From assembly GCA_963627135.1 (NCBI GenBank), contig CAVFZY010000015.1, positions 7,382-71,381 of the forward strand: a stretch of 64,000 nucleotides of DNA. Reading direction: 5' to 3'. The notes beneath the pieces were generated by a model. The model searched no databases. It saw nothing but the letters and a program-made list of their open reading frames with translations, and was not told where the DNA came from. The position numbers and the translations under genes were made by a program. Every line of letters begins with the position of its first letter. Position 1 is the first letter of the stretch. This DNA is from Bacteroidaceae bacterium. GTDB lineage: Bacteria; Bacillota; Clostridia; Oscillospirales; Oscillospiraceae. Shown here in pieces: positions 44,270 to 54,532 of this stretch.

Positions 44270-45682
44270 TTATTTACCCTGAATGTATGCGTCGATGGCA
44301 GCGGCGGCCTTCTTGCCGGCACCCATCGCCTTGATGACGGTGGCCGCACCGGTGACGGCGTCGCCGCCGGCGAACACGCCGTCCTTCATGGTGGTCACGG
44401 TGTCGTCCTGGACGACGATGCCGCCGCGATCGCTGTACGCGAGGTCCGGCGTCGCCTTGCGCAGCAGCGGGTTGGGGGAGGTGCCAATCGCCATGATGAC
44501 GGAGTCGCAGGCCATCTCAAACTCGCTGCCCGGCACTTCGATCGGACGGCGGCGGCCCTTCTCGTCAGGCTCGCCGAGCTCCATGCGGATGCACCTGAGG
44601 CCGCGGACCCAGCCATTTTCGTCGGCCAGGATCTCGACGGGGTTGCACAGCAGGGAGAAGTTGATGCCCTCTTCCTTCGCGTGCTCGTACTCTTCCTTGC
44701 GGGCGGAGAGCTCCTCCTCGCCGCGGCGGTACACGACCGTCACGTCCGCGCCCAGACGCTTGGCGCAGCGCGCGGCGTCCATGGCGACGTTGCCTGCGCC
44801 GACGACGGCCGTCACGTGGATGGGCATGAGCGGGGTGTCGTAGCGCTCGTCATACGCATGCATGAGATTGATGCGGGTGAGAAATTCGTTGGCGGAGAAC
44901 ACACCGCAGTAGCTCAGACCCGGGATGTTCTGGAACTTCGGCAGACCGGCACCGGAGCCGATGAACACGGCCTCGTACTTGTCGTCGCCGAGGAGCTTCT
45001 CTTCGTCCTTGCCGAGCAGTTCGTCGATACTCATGCACTTGCCGATGGTCGCGTCGCACACGATGTTGACGCCCATGGCCACGAGCTTGTCGATCTCCTT
45101 CTGCACGATGGCCTTCGGCAGACGGAACTCGGGGATGCCGTAAGCCAGCACGCCGCCGGCCTTGTGGAAGTGCTCATAGACGGTCACGTCGTAGCCGAGC
45201 TTGGCCAGGTCGCTCGCACAGGCGAGGCCGGACGGTCCGGAGCCGATGACCGCGACGCGGTGGCCGTTGGTGGCGATCTTCTCGGGCATCTCGTCGGCGT
45301 TCTCGCGGTTCCAGTCGGCGACAAAGCGCTCCAGACGGCCGATGCCGACGGACTCGCCCTTGATGCCGCGCACGCACTTACTCTCGCACTGCTTCTCCTG
45401 CGGGCAGACACGGCCGCAGATGGCGGGCAGGGAGCTGTCCTCGAGGATTTTGTGGTAAGCGCCCTTGAAGTCCTGCTCACGGACGCGGGCGATAAACTGC
45501 GGGATCTTGACATTGACCGGGCAGCCCTGCATGCAGGCGGGCTTTGGACAATTCAGGCAGCGGTTGGCCTCGTCGACCGCCATCTCGACGGTGTAGCCAA
45601 GTGCGACTTCTTCAAAATTCTTATTGCGGACGTTCGGATCCTGCTCCGGGATCGGATTCTTTTTGGGAGACATATTCGCCAT
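44270..45682 (-). CDS. nfnB: NADPH-dependent glutamate synthase small-chain-like oxidoreductase (NfnB type)
   Basis: 2x[4Fe-4S] motif (CLNCPKPACMQGCPV..CGRVCPQEKQCE) and FAD/NADPH GxGxxG folds. ATG at 45682; a GTG at 45688 is an alternative start. Confidence 0.88.
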   Translation of the reverse strand: MANMSPKKNPIPEQDPNVRNKNFEEVALGYTVEMAVDEANRCLNCPKPACMQGCPVNVKIPQFIARVREQDFKGAYHKILEDSSLPAICGRVCPQEKQCESKCVRGIKGESVGIGRLERFVADWNRENADEMPEKIATNGHRVAVIGSGPSGLACASDLAKLGYDVTVYEHFHKAGGVLAYGIPEFRLPKAIVQKEIDKLVAMGVNIVCDATIGKCMSIDELLGKDEEKLLGDDKYEAVFIGSGAGLPKFQNIPGLSYCGVFSANEFLTRINLMHAYDERYDTPLMPIHVTAVVGAGNVAMDAARCAKRLGADVTVVYRRGEEELSARKEEYEHAKEEGINFSLLCNPVEILADENGWVRGLRCIRMELGEPDEKGRRRPIEVPGSEFEMACDSVIMAIGTSPNPLLRKATPDLAYSDRGGIVVQDDTVTTMKDGVFAGGDAVTGAATVIKAMGAGKKAAAAIDAYIQGK

Positions 45683-45684
45683 GA

Positions 45685-46578
45685 TCACTTCTCCTCCTTT
45701 TTCTGCGCGGCTTCCTCTGCGTCGGCCATGGCCTGCAGATTGCAGTAGTGGTGGCGGCGCTGAAACACCTTCTGCTCCTGGGCCTCATAGATCTTGGAAC
45801 GGGCGATCGCCTCGTCGAAGTCGACGAGGTGGCCGTCAAACTCCGGCCCGTCGACGCAGGTGAACTTCATCTTGCCGTCCACGGTCAGGCGGCAGCCGCC
45901 GCACATACCGGAACCGTCGATCATGATGCAGTTCATATCGACCATTGTGGCCACGCCGTATTCCTTCGTGATCTGGCAGACGAACTTCATCATCGGCAGC
46001 GGGCCGATGCAGATGCAGTGGTCGTACTGCTTGCCCTCGGCCTTGGCCTTCTCGAGCAGCTCCTTGAGCTTGACGGTCGTGAAGCCCTTCTCGCCGTAGG
46101 TGCCGTCGTCGGTCATCATGTACAGATGATCGCAGCAGGCGCGCATCTCGTCCTCGAGTACGACAATGCCCTTCGTGCGGAAGCCCGCGATGATGTCGAC
46201 ATCGCAGCCGAGGCGGTGCGCCTCCTTGGCCTGCGGCCACGCGATGGCGCAGCCGGAGCCGCCGCCGACGACCACGACCTTGTGCATGTCGTCGAACTCG
46301 GCGGGGTTGCCGAGCGGGCCGACGACATCGGCCACATAGTCGCCGGCCTTCTTGCCGGCGAGCAGGGCCGTCGTGCTGCCGACGCGCTGCATGATGACCG
46401 ACACGGTGCCGGCCTCGCGATCGTAGGAAGAGATCGTGATGGGCATGCGCTCGCCGAACTCGTCGACGCGGAACATCAGGAACTGACCCGGCTGCGCCTT
46501 GCGGGCGACGAGCGGGGCCTCAAACGTGACGCGGAACATATTGTCAGATAATCTTTCGTTATTGACGATTTTGAACAT
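45685..46578 (-). CDS. nfnA: Ferredoxin-NADP reductase-like FAD/2Fe-2S subunit (NfnA / sulfide dehydrogenase gamma-like)
   Basis: FNR-like fold (GQFLMFRV..RMPITISS..GPLG) and a C-terminal Cys cluster (CGGCRLTV). GAGGTGA RBS before the ATG at 46578. Confidence 0.85.
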   Translation of the reverse strand: MFKIVNNERLSDNMFRVTFEAPLVARKAQPGQFLMFRVDEFGERMPITISSYDREAGTVSVIMQRVGSTTALLAGKKAGDYVADVVGPLGNPAEFDDMHKVVVVGGGSGCAIAWPQAKEAHRLGCDVDIIAGFRTKGIVVLEDEMRACCDHLYMMTDDGTYGEKGFTTVKLKELLEKAKAEGKQYDHCICIGPLPMMKFVCQITKEYGVATMVDMNCIMIDGSGMCGGCRLTVDGKMKFTCVDGPEFDGHLVDFDEAIARSKIYEAQEQKVFQRRHHYCNLQAMADAEEAAQKKEEK

Positions 46579-46598
46579 GAAAATCACCTCAAGGCATT

Positions 46599-46627
46599 AT
46601 TATAGCCGAATCGCAAATTTTGCACAA
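46599..46627 (-). promoter_or_regulatory. Promoter of nfnAB, TTGTGC-17-TATAAT
   Basis: -35 at 46627-46622, -10 at 46604-46599. Confidence 0.6.
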
Positions 46628-46807
46628 GAGAGAAACGAAAAATCTAAATTTTAACATACAAATTGACGAAAAACTGTGGACTTGCACAAAATTTTCCCTG
46701 CACTTTTGAGCAGAAAAGCGGATGCTTTTGCGGGGAAATTGCAGAAAATTGCCGAGTTATGCGGTGTGTTTTGATTCGAAAATGGCGGAAAATGGCCCCT
46801 CCGGAGT

Positions 46808-46844
46808 CAAAAGGAAGCCGCCTGCCCCGGTCGGGGCAGGCGGC
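46808..46844 (-). terminator. Terminator of the phosphoketolase operon
   Basis: GCCGCCTGCCCC-GACC-GGGGCAGGCGGC followed by TTCCTTTTG (minus strand). Confidence 0.75.
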
Positions 46845-46934
46845 GGATGTGCGGGTGGGGGTCATCCGGGACGGCCGCTTCGCGCGGTTACGCGCACGGC
46901 TGCGCGGCACAGTTTCCCAGCGCGGCGGGCGCGC

Positions 46935-49328
46935 TCAGCGCTCGGAGCTCGTGGCGGCGCTGGTGCTGCCGGTCCACTGCCAGTTGGCGATCTCGGGCAG
47001 GTCCACACCGTGCGCGGCGATATATTGCCGGTGCTCGACGAGCTTGTCGCGCATCTGCTGCACGGCGTAGGCACCGCGGTTGCCGAGCTGCGGCAAGCGC
47101 TTGACGACGTCGATGACGAGGTGGAAGCGGTCGAGCTCGTTGAGCACGCGCATGTCAAACGGCGTCGTGATCGTGCCCTCCTCGACGTAGCCGCAGACGA
47201 ACATGTTCTGGTTATGGCGGGTGTACGTCAGCTCGTGGATGAGCTTCGGGTAGCCGTGGAAGGCGAAGATGACGGGCTTGTCCTTCGTGAAGATGAGGTC
47301 GTAGTCCTCGTCCGTGAGGCCGTGCGGGTGGTCCGCATGCGGCTGCAGCTTCATCAGATCGACCACGTTCACGACGCGCACGCGCACCTCCGGCAGCTTC
47401 TCGCGCAGGATGGTCACGGCGGCGAGCGTCTCGAGCGTGGGCGTGTCGCCGCAGCAGGCCATGACGACATCGGGCTCCGTTCCCTGGTCGCTGCTGGCCC
47501 ACTCCCAGATGCTCACGCCCTGCGTGCAGTGGCGCACGGCCTGCTCCATGGTCAGCCACTGCGGCCGCGGGTGCTTGGAGGCCACGATGACGTTGATATA
47601 GTTCCGGCTGCGGATGCAGTGGTCAAAGCAGCTCAGGAGGCAGTTTGCGTCCGGCGGCAGATAAATGCGCACGACGTCGGCCTTCTTATTCGACACGTGG
47701 TCAAGGAAACCGGGGTCCTGGTGCGTGAAGCCGTTGTGGTCCTGCTGCCACACGTTCGAGGCGAGCACGTAGTTGAGCGAGGCAATGTCCTGCCGCCATG
47801 GCAGCTGGTTGCAGACCTTCAGCCACTTGGCGTGCTGCGCGACCATGGAGTCCACGATGCGGATGAAGGCCTCGTAGCTGTTGAAAAAGCCGTGGCGGCC
47901 GGTGAGCAGGTAGCCCTCGAGCCAGCCCTCGCACATGTGCTCCGAGAGCATGGAGTCCATGACGCGGCCGTCCGGGTCGAGAAACTCGTCATTGTCCGTC
48001 GCCTCGGCGACCCAGCGGCGGCCCGTGACCTCAAACACCGGGCTCAGGCGGTTGGAGGCCGTCTCGTCGGGGGCGAAGATGCGGAAGTTGCGCGCGTCCA
48101 TGTTCTCGCGCATGATATCGCGCACGAACGCGCCGAGCACGGTCATGTCCTGCGCCTCGACGGCGCCGGGCGCCGGCACGGGCTGCTCATAGCTGCGGAA
48201 GTCCGGTATGCGCAGCTCGCGCAGCAGCAGTCCGCCGTTGGCGTGGGGATTCGCGCCCATGCGGCGCTGCCCCTTCGGCGCGAGGGCCTGCAGCTCGGGG
48301 ATGAGCGTGCCGTTGTCGTCAAAGAGTTCCTCTGGGTGGTAGCTGCGCAGCCATTCCTCGAGCTGCACGAGGTGCTCGGGCCTGTCCATCGCGATCGGCA
48401 CCTGGTGCGCGCGGAACGACCCCTCCACCTGCTTGCCGTCCACTTCCTTCGGGCCGGTCCAGCCCTTCGGCGCGCGGAACACGATCATCGGCCAGTAGGG
48501 GCGCGTGGTGTCGTGCGCGGTGCGCGCGTGCTGCTGGATGGCGTGGATCTCCTCGATGGCCCAGTCCATTGTCTCGGCCATCTTCGCGTGCATCTCGGCG
48601 GGGTCGTCACCCTCGACGAAGCGCGGCTCCCACCCGCAGCCGCGGAAGAACATCTCGAGTTCCTCGTGGCTGATGCGGGAAAAGAGTGTGGGGTTGGCGA
48701 TCTTGAAGCCGTTGAGGTGCAGGATCGGCAGCACCGCGCCGTCCGTGATGGGGTTGACGAACTTGTTGCCGTGCCACGCGGTGGCGAGCGGGCCGGTCTC
48801 GGCCTCACCGTCGCCGACGACGCAGGCGGCAATCAGGCCGGGGTTATCCATCACGGCGCCGAAGGCGTGCGCGAGCGAGTAACCCAGCTCGCCGCCCTCG
48901 TGGATGGAGCCCGGCGTCTCGGGCGCGACATGGCTCGGGATGCCGCCGGGGAACGAAAACTGCTTGAACAGGCGCTGCATGCCGGCCGCGTCGCGCGTGA
49001 TGTTCGGGTACACGTCGGTGTACGAGCCGTCGAGATAGTCCTGCGCGACCATGGCGTTGCCGCCGTGGCCCGGGCCGGAGAGATAGATCATGTCGAGGTC
49101 GTATTCGTTGATGACGCGGTTGAGGTGCGTGTAAATGAAGTTCTGGCCGGGCACAGTGCCCCAGTGGCCGACGATCTTCTTCTTGATGTCGCGCTCGGTC
49201 AACCGCCGGCGCAGCAGCGGGTCGTCGAGCAGATAGAGCTGGCAGGCGGACAGATAGTTTGCCGCGCGCCACCAGGCGTCCATTTTGGCCAGCAGCTCCG
49301 GTGTGGGTGCAAACGCTTCGTTTTTCAT
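46935..49328 (-). CDS. xfp: Xylulose-5-phosphate/fructose-6-phosphate phosphoketolase
   Basis: Motifs [32 protein letters not shown] and EGGELGY. AAGGAGG RBS before the ATG at 49328. Confidence 0.95.
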   Translation of the reverse strand: MKNEAFAPTPELLAKMDAWWRAANYLSACQLYLLDDPLLRRRLTERDIKKKIVGHWGTVPGQNFIYTHLNRVINEYDLDMIYLSGPGHGGNAMVAQDYLDGSYTDVYPNITRDAAGMQRLFKQFSFPGGIPSHVAPETPGSIHEGGELGYSLAHAFGAVMDNPGLIAACVVGDGEAETGPLATAWHGNKFVNPITDGAVLPILHLNGFKIANPTLFSRISHEELEMFFRGCGWEPRFVEGDDPAEMHAKMAETMDWAIEEIHAIQQHARTAHDTTRPYWPMIVFRAPKGWTGPKEVDGKQVEGSFRAHQVPIAMDRPEHLVQLEEWLRSYHPEELFDDNGTLIPELQALAPKGQRRMGANPHANGGLLLRELRIPDFRSYEQPVPAPGAVEAQDMTVLGAFVRDIMRENMDARNFRIFAPDETASNRLSPVFEVTGRRWVAEATDNDEFLDPDGRVMDSMLSEHMCEGWLEGYLLTGRHGFFNSYEAFIRIVDSMVAQHAKWLKVCNQLPWRQDIASLNYVLASNVWQQDHNGFTHQDPGFLDHVSNKKADVVRIYLPPDANCLLSCFDHCIRSRNYINVIVASKHPRPQWLTMEQAVRHCTQGVSIWEWASSDQGTEPDVVMACCGDTPTLETLAAVTILREKLPEVRVRVVNVVDLMKLQPHADHPHGLTDEDYDLIFTKDKPVIFAFHGYPKLIHELTYTRHNQNMFVCGYVEEGTITTPFDMRVLNELDRFHLVIDVVKRLPQLGNRGAYAVQQMRDKLVEHRQYIAAHGVDLPEIANWQWTGSTSAATSSER

Positions 49329-49373
49329 CGTGGAAACCTCCTTATATCCATAGGATGTGCCGTTTGGCACAGG

Positions 49374-50966
49374 TCATGCTTCGTTTTGCAGCGCAGAGAG
49401 TACGCTCTCAGCGCAGCGCAGCCCGTCCACGGCGGCGCTCGTGATGCCGCCGGCGTAGCCCGCGCCCTCGCCGCAGGGGTAGAGCCCGGGCACGCCGGTG
49501 CTGCACCGGTCTTCCCCGCGCACGATGCGCACGGGGCTGCTCGAGCGGGTCTCCGGCGCGGTGATCACGGCGTCCGGGTCATCAAAACAGCGCAGCTTTT
49601 TGCCGAAGGCGGGCAGCGCCTGCGCAAGCGTCGCCGTGATGCGCGCGGGCAGCACGTCGTGCAGGTCGCACCACGTCACGCCGGGGCGGTACGTCGGCTG
49701 CACGCGGCCGGGGCCGGTGCTCGCGCGCCCGGCGAGAAAGTCGCCCGCCAGCTGCGCCGGGGCGTGATAATTGCCGCCGCCGCGCGCAAAGGCGCGCTGC
49801 TCGATGCTGCGCTGCCAGTACATGCCGCCGAGGGTGCTTTTATCCGGGAAGTCCTCCGGCCGCAGCGTCACGAGCACGGCGGCGTTGGCGTTTTCCCCGT
49901 CGCGGCGGGAGTTGCTCATGCCGTTGGTGCACACGCCGCCCGCTTCCGACGCCGCAGCGAACACCTCGCCGCCCGGGCACATGCAGAACGTGTATGCGCT
50001 CGACCCGTCCGGCAGGTGGCAGGAGAGGGAATAGTCCGCCGCCGGCAGATGCTCCGCCGCCGCGCCATACTGCGCGGCGTTGATATCGGCCTGCCGGTGC
50101 TCGATGCGCACGCCCATGGAAAACGGCTTCGGCTCCATCGGCACGCCCTGCGTGTGCAGCATTTCAAACGTGTCGCGCGCGCTGTGGCCGATCGCGAGGA
50201 TGACCTGCCGCGCCGGGAGCGTGTAGTCGCCCTTCGGCCCGGCCGCGGTCAGCGCCGCGATGTGTCCGTCCTGCGTGGACAGACCCGTCACGCGGTGGCC
50301 GAAGCGCACCTCGCCGCCGCGGTCGATGATCTCGCGCCGGAGGTTCTGCACGACCTCGACGAGCACGTCCGTGCCGATATGGGGCTTGGCGTCGTAGGTG
50401 ATGTGCTCCGGCGCACCGTGCGCCGCGAATTCCGCCAGCACGAAGCCGATGCGCGCGTCGTGCGTGCCGGTGTTGAGCTTGCCGTCGGAAAATGTGCCTG
50501 CGCCGCCCTCGCCGAACTGCACGTTGCACTCCGGGTCGAACGGCCCGCCCGCGCGAAATGCCGCGATCTGCGCGCTGCGCGTTTTTGCGTCCGGCCCGCG
50601 CTCGAGCACGATGGGGCGTGCGCCCGCGCGCGCGAGCAGCAGCGCCGCGAACATCCCCGCCGGGCCGAAGCCCACAATCACGGGGCGCGTCTCCGGCGGT
50701 GCGATGTGCGCTATGGGGTAGGTCTTGTCCTGTACGAGCGCCGCGCCGCGGCAGCGGCGGACGAGCCGTCGCTCGTCCCCGTGCACGGTCACGCCCACGG
50801 TGTAAACATAGTGAATGTCGTCCTTTCGGCGCGCATCGAGCGACTTTTTGCGGATGCGCAGGGCGGCGATATCGCCGGGCTGCACTTTCAGCGCCCTGGC
50901 GGCAAGTGAAAGCAGCTGCGCCTCGTCTGCGCCGGGGGCGAGCTTCAGGTTCGAAATTGCGATCAT
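49374..50966 (-). CDS. FAD-dependent protein (COG2509-type uncharacterised dehydrogenase)
   Basis: Motifs VIVGFGPAGMFAALLLA and FGEGGAGTFSDGKL. ATGA overlap with the upstream gene. Confidence 0.8.
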   Translation of the reverse strand: MIAISNLKLAPGADEAQLLSLAARALKVQPGDIAALRIRKKSLDARRKDDIHYVYTVGVTVHGDERRLVRRCRGAALVQDKTYPIAHIAPPETRPVIVGFGPAGMFAALLLARAGARPIVLERGPDAKTRSAQIAAFRAGGPFDPECNVQFGEGGAGTFSDGKLNTGTHDARIGFVLAEFAAHGAPEHITYDAKPHIGTDVLVEVVQNLRREIIDRGGEVRFGHRVTGLSTQDGHIAALTAAGPKGDYTLPARQVILAIGHSARDTFEMLHTQGVPMEPKPFSMGVRIEHRQADINAAQYGAAAEHLPAADYSLSCHLPDGSSAYTFCMCPGGEVFAAASEAGGVCTNGMSNSRRDGENANAAVLVTLRPEDFPDKSTLGGMYWQRSIEQRAFARGGGNYHAPAQLAGDFLAGRASTGPGRVQPTYRPGVTWCDLHDVLPARITATLAQALPAFGKKLRCFDDPDAVITAPETRSSSPVRIVRGEDRCSTGVPGLYPCGEGAGYAGGITSAAVDGLRCAESVLSALQNEA

Positions 50967-52171
50967 CGGCACGCCCTCCCGGCCGCGCGGCCGCTGGCCC
51001 ATGCCCACTGCAGGTTGTAGCCGCCGCAGTCGCCGTCGATGTCCAGCACCTCGCCGCAGGCGTACAGCCCGGGCACAAGAAGGCTTTCCATCGTCGCGGG
51101 GTCAAATTCGTCCGTGCGGATGCCGCCGGCCGTGACCTGCGCGCTCTCGAAGCCCTCCGTGCCGCGCACCGGCAGTGCAAAGCCCTTCGCCGCGCGCACG
51201 AGCGCCTTGAGCTCCTGGTCCGTTACGTCGCTGAGCGGCCGCCCGCCGGGGATGGCGGCGTAGCGCAGCAGCATCTTGCCCACGCGGTTGTGTACCGTGC
51301 CGGTCAGCACCTCCTCGCAGGGGAGGGCGGGCGCGGCCGCGCGCCGCGCCTGCAAAAACGCGAGGCAGTCCTGCGCGCTGTGTTCGCGCAGCAGGTCGAG
51401 CGTCACGGTCTGGCCCTCGCCGCCGCAGCTTGCTGCGCGGGAGATCTCAAACACGGCCGGGCCGGACACACCCTTTTCTGTGAACTGCACCTCGCCCGCG
51501 CTGCGCGCGAGAATTTCCCGGCCGCGCGTGAGCGTCACGCGCGCGTCGGCGCGCACGCCCTTGAGCGTGCGGGGATAGGTCGGGTCGGTCGTCAGCTGCA
51601 CGAGCGCGGGGTGCAGCGTCGTGCGCCGGTGACCGAGACTCTGCAGCAGGGCATACCCGTCGCGCACGCCGCCGGCCTTCGCCCCGGCCGCACCGCCGCA
51701 CGCAATGATGACGCGGTCGGCGGGGACGCTGTCACCCTCCATCTCGATGACAAAGCCGTGCCCCTGCCGGCGCACGGCCGTCACGGCCTCGCCCGCGCGC
51801 AGGGTGATGTTCGGCTGCGCGAGCGCGAAGCGCAGCACATCCACGACACTGTTGGCCGCGTTCGAGAGCGGGTACACGCGCCCGCCCGGCTCCGTCACGG
51901 TCATGAGCCCGTGCGCGGCGAACCAGCGCAGCGCCGCCTCGGGCGGGAAGGCCGCGAGCGCCGGCACGGCAAAGTCCGGCTGCGTGCCGTGGTAGTTTTC
52001 GGGCGCGGTGCCGGTGTTTGTCAGGTTGCAGCGGCCGTTGCCGGTCACGGCGAGCTTGCGCCCCACGCGCGCCTGCCGCTCGAAGAGCAGAATTTCATTT
52101 TCCGGTTGCTCGGCGGCGGTCAGCGCGGCCATCATGCCGGACGCGCCCGCGCCGATGACTGCGATCGTCAT
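50963..52171 (-). CDS. HI0933/YhiN (BaiN-like) family flavoprotein
   Basis: Motifs IAVIGAGASGMMAA, GRKLAVTGNGRCNLTN and a C-terminal GGYNLQWAW. Confidence 0.85.
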   Translation of the reverse strand: MTIAVIGAGASGMMAALTAAEQPENEILLFERQARVGRKLAVTGNGRCNLTNTGTAPENYHGTQPDFAVPALAAFPPEAALRWFAAHGLMTVTEPGGRVYPLSNAANSVVDVLRFALAQPNITLRAGEAVTAVRRQGHGFVIEMEGDSVPADRVIIACGGAAGAKAGGVRDGYALLQSLGHRRTTLHPALVQLTTDPTYPRTLKGVRADARVTLTRGREILARSAGEVQFTEKGVSGPAVFEISRAASCGGEGQTVTLDLLREHSAQDCLAFLQARRAAAPALPCEEVLTGTVHNRVGKMLLRYAAIPGGRPLSDVTDQELKALVRAAKGFALPVRGTEGFESAQVTAGGIRTDEFDPATMESLLVPGLYACGEVLDIDGDCGGYNLQWAWASGRAAGRACR

Positions 52172-52205
52172 GGCGATGCTCCGTTTCTATCGTTTTTCTC
52201 CCCTC

Positions 52206-52234
52206 ATTAAATCACACTTTGCCCGCAAATACAA
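52206..52234 (-). promoter_or_regulatory. Promoter TTGTAT-17-TTTAAT (TGA upstream of the -10)
   Basis: -35 at 52234-52229, -10 at 52211-52206. Confidence 0.45.
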
Positions 52235-52302
52235 GAAAACGGAGGCACTCCCTGACGTTGCGCACACAGGCAATCGTCTTTGTGCCGTGCCACCCCATAA
52301 AC

Positions 52303-52421
52303 CTTTTCCTCAAGGGGAAGGCTTGAATGGTGCACAATTCAAAGGTATCTGAGCAGCAGGGGAGCCCGAGGGGGCAAAGCCCGCCTCGGATGGAATCTGG
52401 CATCGCCTTTTGGCGATGCCT
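52303..52421. repeat. Family-2 element, copy C1 (partial long hairpin), fused to family-1 copy C
   Basis: CCTTTTCC-TCAA-GGGGAAGG at 52303-52322. TTGAAT..ATTCAA at 52324-52343. TGAGCAGCAGGGGAGCCCGAGG from 52351. GGCATCGCC-TTTT-GGCGATGCC ending at 52421. Confidence 0.8.
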
Positions 52422-52573
52422 TCCCCTTCGAGGGGAAGGTGGCGCGGCGGTGCGCCGCGACGGATGAGGTGTCGTTGGATGCGGGACGCATTACCGGAAC
52501 TGCTGGAGAGGAGCACGACCTTTCCACCTCATCCGCCTCGCTCCGCTCAACGCCTTCTCCTCAAGGAGAAGGC
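52420..52573. repeat. Family-1 palindromic mosaic element, copy C (complete, 52-nt core)
   Basis: CCTTCCCC-TTCGA-GGGGAAGG at 52420-52440. GGATGAGGTG at 52463-52472. Core. CCACCTCATCC at 52525-52535. CCTTCTCC-TCAA-GGAGAAGG at 52554-52573. Confidence 0.85.
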
Positions 52574-52641
52574 GGCGGACATTCCAACCGCTCCGAAAAG
52601 AAGAAAGCGATAGATATGCGTCAGACACGCCCCCTGCAAGC

Positions 52642-52680
52642 AAAAAACGGCGGTAGCCAATTTGGCTGCCGCCGTTTTTC
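52642..52680. terminator. Bidirectional terminator downstream of the MarR gene
   Basis: AAAAAACGGCGGTAGCC-AATTT-GGCTGCCGCCGTTTTT. Confidence 0.8.
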
Positions 52681-52691
52681 CGGACGTGTGG

Positions 52692-53138
52692 TCACTTTTT
52701 CGGCACGTCGCACTCGGGCATCAGCTCGTCGCTCATGACGGCCAGCACATGCTCGAATGTCGCCAGTTCCTCGGGTGTGAACCGCTCACGGATGCGCTCG
52801 AGCACGGTGTCGATATAGCTCTGCATGAGGCCGTTGTAGCAGTAGAACTTGTCCGACAGCTTCAGGTGGTATTCGCGCCGGTCGGTGTCGGAGTTCTCCT
52901 TGACGATGTAGCCCTTACGGATGAGGTTGTTGACTTTGTAGGTCGCATTGGACTGTGAGATGCCGAGAAAATCCGCAAATTGACCGATGGTCGGCGCGTC
53001 GAGCTCGTGGATGACCTCGACGGAGAACGCCTCCATCGCGCTCAGCGAGCCCTCGCGCTCGCGCACCTGCGAAAACAGGCGGCGAAAAAATTGCAGCTTG
53101 AACTTCTCGTACACGCTCTGAAAATTCTGCTCCAGCAT
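52692..53138 (-). CDS. MarR family transcriptional regulator
   Basis: Winged HTH (TIGQFADFLGISQSNATYKVNNLIRKGYIVKENSDTDRREYHLKLS). AAGGGGG RBS before the ATG at 53138. Confidence 0.85.
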   Translation of the reverse strand: MLEQNFQSVYEKFKLQFFRRLFSQVREREGSLSAMEAFSVEVIHELDAPTIGQFADFLGISQSNATYKVNNLIRKGYIVKENSDTDRREYHLKLSDKFYCYNGLMQSYIDTVLERIRERFTPEELATFEHVLAVMSDELMPECDVPKK

Positions 53139-53269
53139 CGGAAGTTCCCCCTTACTTCTTCGATTCGCACACATTTTCTTCTCTTTTTTACACCCTGGCA
53201 CCGAAAAAGTAAAGAGCCGGACGCGGGAATTTCCCCGCGTCCGGCAAAAATCGCGCAGAATTTGACGTC

Positions 53270-53923
53270 TTACGGCGCCTTTGGGTCGTCATCGGGCTTC
53301 GGCTCGGCGTCGTCATCACCGATGACCTCGCCGGTCGTCTCGACGGCGGTGGCGCCGTCCATAAAGTCATGCACGGCGTTTTTCACGTCCTTGACAAAGA
53401 CGGCGGCATACACGACAGTGCACAGGTTCTGCACGCCGTCGACGATGAGCGACACGCCCATCATGATCGTGAGCACCTGTTTGCCGTTAAAGGGGTTGAA
53501 CACCAGCAGGATGCCAAGCACCAGGCACACGACCGTGCACACGAGCGTGACCCACCACGAGTGCGCGCCCATGCGCCGCGAATCGACGGCGACCTGCAGC
53601 TTGAACACGCTGTCCACGAGCACGAGCAGGCCAATCACGACCGAGAGAATGTCCGTCAGCGCCGGCGCACGCCAGAGCATGAGCGCGCCGAGGATGATGC
53701 AGAACAGGCCGACTGCAAAGTCGAACCGGATGGCCACGCCCTCGACCTCGCGGATGAAATAGAGCACGATCTTCATCACGCCGAACACGGCCATGGCAGC
53801 GCCCAGGATGCGGCAGATCATGATCAGCGACGTCTCGGGGTTGACGACGAGATAGATGCCGAGGAGCAGGAACATCGCGCTGAGCACGACGTAGCTCCAT
53901 TTGATGCGCTTGAAAATTTTCAT
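53270..53923 (-). CDS. HdeD/DUF308 family membrane protein
   Basis: Repeated DUF308 helices (WSYVVLSAMFLLLGIYLVVNP..ILGAAMAVFGVMKIV). AAGGAGG RBS. Confidence 0.8.
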   Translation of the reverse strand: MKIFKRIKWSYVVLSAMFLLLGIYLVVNPETSLIMICRILGAAMAVFGVMKIVLYFIREVEGVAIRFDFAVGLFCIILGALMLWRAPALTDILSVVIGLLVLVDSVFKLQVAVDSRRMGAHSWWVTLVCTVVCLVLGILLVFNPFNGKQVLTIMMGVSLIVDGVQNLCTVVYAAVFVKDVKNAVHDFMDGATAVETTGEVIGDDDAEPKPDDDPKAP

Positions 53924-53935
53924 AGGTATGCCTCC

Positions 53936-54532
53936 TTACAGGCCGAGCGGCTCGTCGATGAGTACGACCTCGACCTTGGCCATGTCGAACATTTGCCCCC
54001 AGAGTACAAGCAAGGCGTTGCAGCCGCGGCTCTTGCTGCGGCAGTCGAGGCAGTGGCCGACCTTATGGCACGGCTGGTCGCCGTCAAAGCGCTGCATGTT
54101 CTGCACGGCGGCGGTGTTGCGCGCGCGCGACAGGGCACTGTCGAAGTCCGGACAGATCTTGTTCGTGCCCGCGATGATGTATACCGTTTTGCCGATGCCG
54201 TAGACCATGGCGGCGAGGCGGTTGCCGCGGCCGTCGATGTTGAGAATCTGGCCGTCTTCCGTGATGGCGTTGGCACTGCTGAGATACACGGGCGCGGTCA
54301 GTGCGTGGTCAAGCGTATCAAACCCCGGCGTGCGCCAGTGCCACCAGACGGTGTTGTGCTCTACCAGCCGGTCGTACAGGCCGATCTGGTCGATGGTCTT
54401 GCTGCCGCCGATGCCGACGGTGGTGCCGTCGATCGCGCCGTCGAGATAGTCCGCCGCCTCGCTCGCCGCGGCGAAGTGCCGCACGGCGAAGCCGCGGCCG
54501 GTCAGGGCGCGGATGGTTTTTTCGATGTCCAT
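53936..54532 (-). CDS. LUD-domain (LutC/YkgG-like) protein
   Basis: Blocks GIGGSKT..SSANAITEDGQILNIDGRGNR..YIIAGTNKI plus a C-terminal Cys motif. Confidence 0.75.
   Translation of the reverse strand: MDIEKTIRALTGRGFAVRHFAAASEAADYLDGAIDGTTVGIGGSKTIDQIGLYDRLVEHNTVWWHWRTPGFDTLDHALTAPVYLSSANAITEDGQILNIDGRGNRLAAMVYGIGKTVYIIAGTNKICPDFDSALSRARNTAAVQNMQRFDGDQPCHKVGHCLDCRSKSRGCNALLVLWGQMFDMAKVEVVLIDEPLGL

Noticed and set aside
46669-46682. CRP/FNR-type dyad TGTGGACTTGCACA upstream of nfnAB
   Set aside because: The spacing is TGTG-N6-CACA, whereas CRP-type sites are TGTGA-N6-TCACA (that is, TGTG-N8-CACA). This is probably chance.
46722-50909. 1395-aa ORF on the plus strand
   Set aside because: It is antisense to phosphoketolase and the COG2509 flavoprotein, both clearly recognisable. 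The composition artefact is the same as above.
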